Source: a virus
Lineage: Duplodnaviria; Caudoviricetes
Reading direction: 5' to 3' (one strand)
Virus record (IMG/VR): IMGVR_UViG_3300047272_000160
Location: 1 to 38,872 of that record
Length of the DNA stretch: 38,872 bases
Shown here: positions 38,597-38,872 of the stretch, piece by piece
Layout of the letters: every line of letters starts with the position of its first letter
How positions within the stretch are numbered: the stretch's first letter is position 1
Notes under the pieces: generated by a model
What the model was told of the DNA's origin: nothing
Database searches by the model: none
The model's input: the letters and a program-made list of their open reading frames with translations, nothing else
Translations under genes and position numbers: made by a program

Positions 38597-38872
38597 GACT
38601 TAAGTCCTTCCTTAATTGCGGTCTTGATATCTTCGGCGTGAAACCGTGTCCACTCCCACTCGGCGTTGTCCGCCTGCGCAATCTTGCCGCATACCTTGCG
38701 AGTGATTGCCTCGCAGATAGCCTTAGCGAGCGACCCGTTCCAAGTTGGTGCCTCGCATGACTGGTACTCGTAGCACCGCACCGACTGCAACACCTGCCCC
38801 CAAGGGATAACCACTCCGCCGAGGTACTGAGTAATTCCCTCCCCGCTGTAGCGGTAGCCCTCCATCTCGGTG
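38593..38872 (-). CDS. 3' part of the junction-spanning hypothetical protein (starts at 327)
   Basis: In frame through the terminal repeat; YEYQSCE motif. Confidence 0.8.
   Translation of the reverse strand, partial: TEMEGYRYSGEGITQYLGGVVIPWGQVLQSVRCYEYQSCEAPTWNGSLAKAICEAITRKVCGKIAQADNAEWEWTRFHAEDIKTAIKEGLKS
38746..38872. repeat. Terminal direct repeat, right copy
   Basis: Identical to 1-127. Confidence 0.95.

Noticed and set aside
38630-38645. Second parS-like sequence TCTTCGGCGTGAAACC
   Set aside because: Only 11/16 match, a half-site inside a coding region

Overview
This window is an apparently complete, circularly assembled tailed-phage genome of about 38,745 bp; positions 1-127 are repeated exactly at 38746-38872. 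WhiB, leaderless genes and a parS site point to an actinobacterial host; the Thr-rich secreted protein suggests a freshwater Acidimicrobiia-like host (inference). The morphology is probably podovirus-like. Layout: (i) a leftward block of small early genes spanning the junction (35846-38872 plus 1-1943); (ii) a 1.1-kb non-coding control region (1944-3114); (iii) a YhhQ/VUT transporter plus TGT/DpdA-like cassette with its own promoter; (iv) terminase, portal, large internal-virion-like proteins, scaffold, major capsid, collagen-like fibre with a GT2-TPR glycosyltransferase, tail genes and lysis genes; (v) recombination and DNA genes (YqaJ, Rad52/Sak-like, RHH, resolvase, HNH, SSB, PP-loop enzyme, WhiB). 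No integrase, polymerase, primase, helicase, tRNA or CRISPR array was seen. The strongest unexplained signals are cis-acting: about 50 copies of the palindrome CTTAAG, dense in early and middle genes and built into gene junctions; CRP-type boxes at all four early promoters; a host-type parS site; and a multi-stem RNA leader before the scaffold gene. All counts were made by eye and all protein calls come from motif recognition, not database searches.
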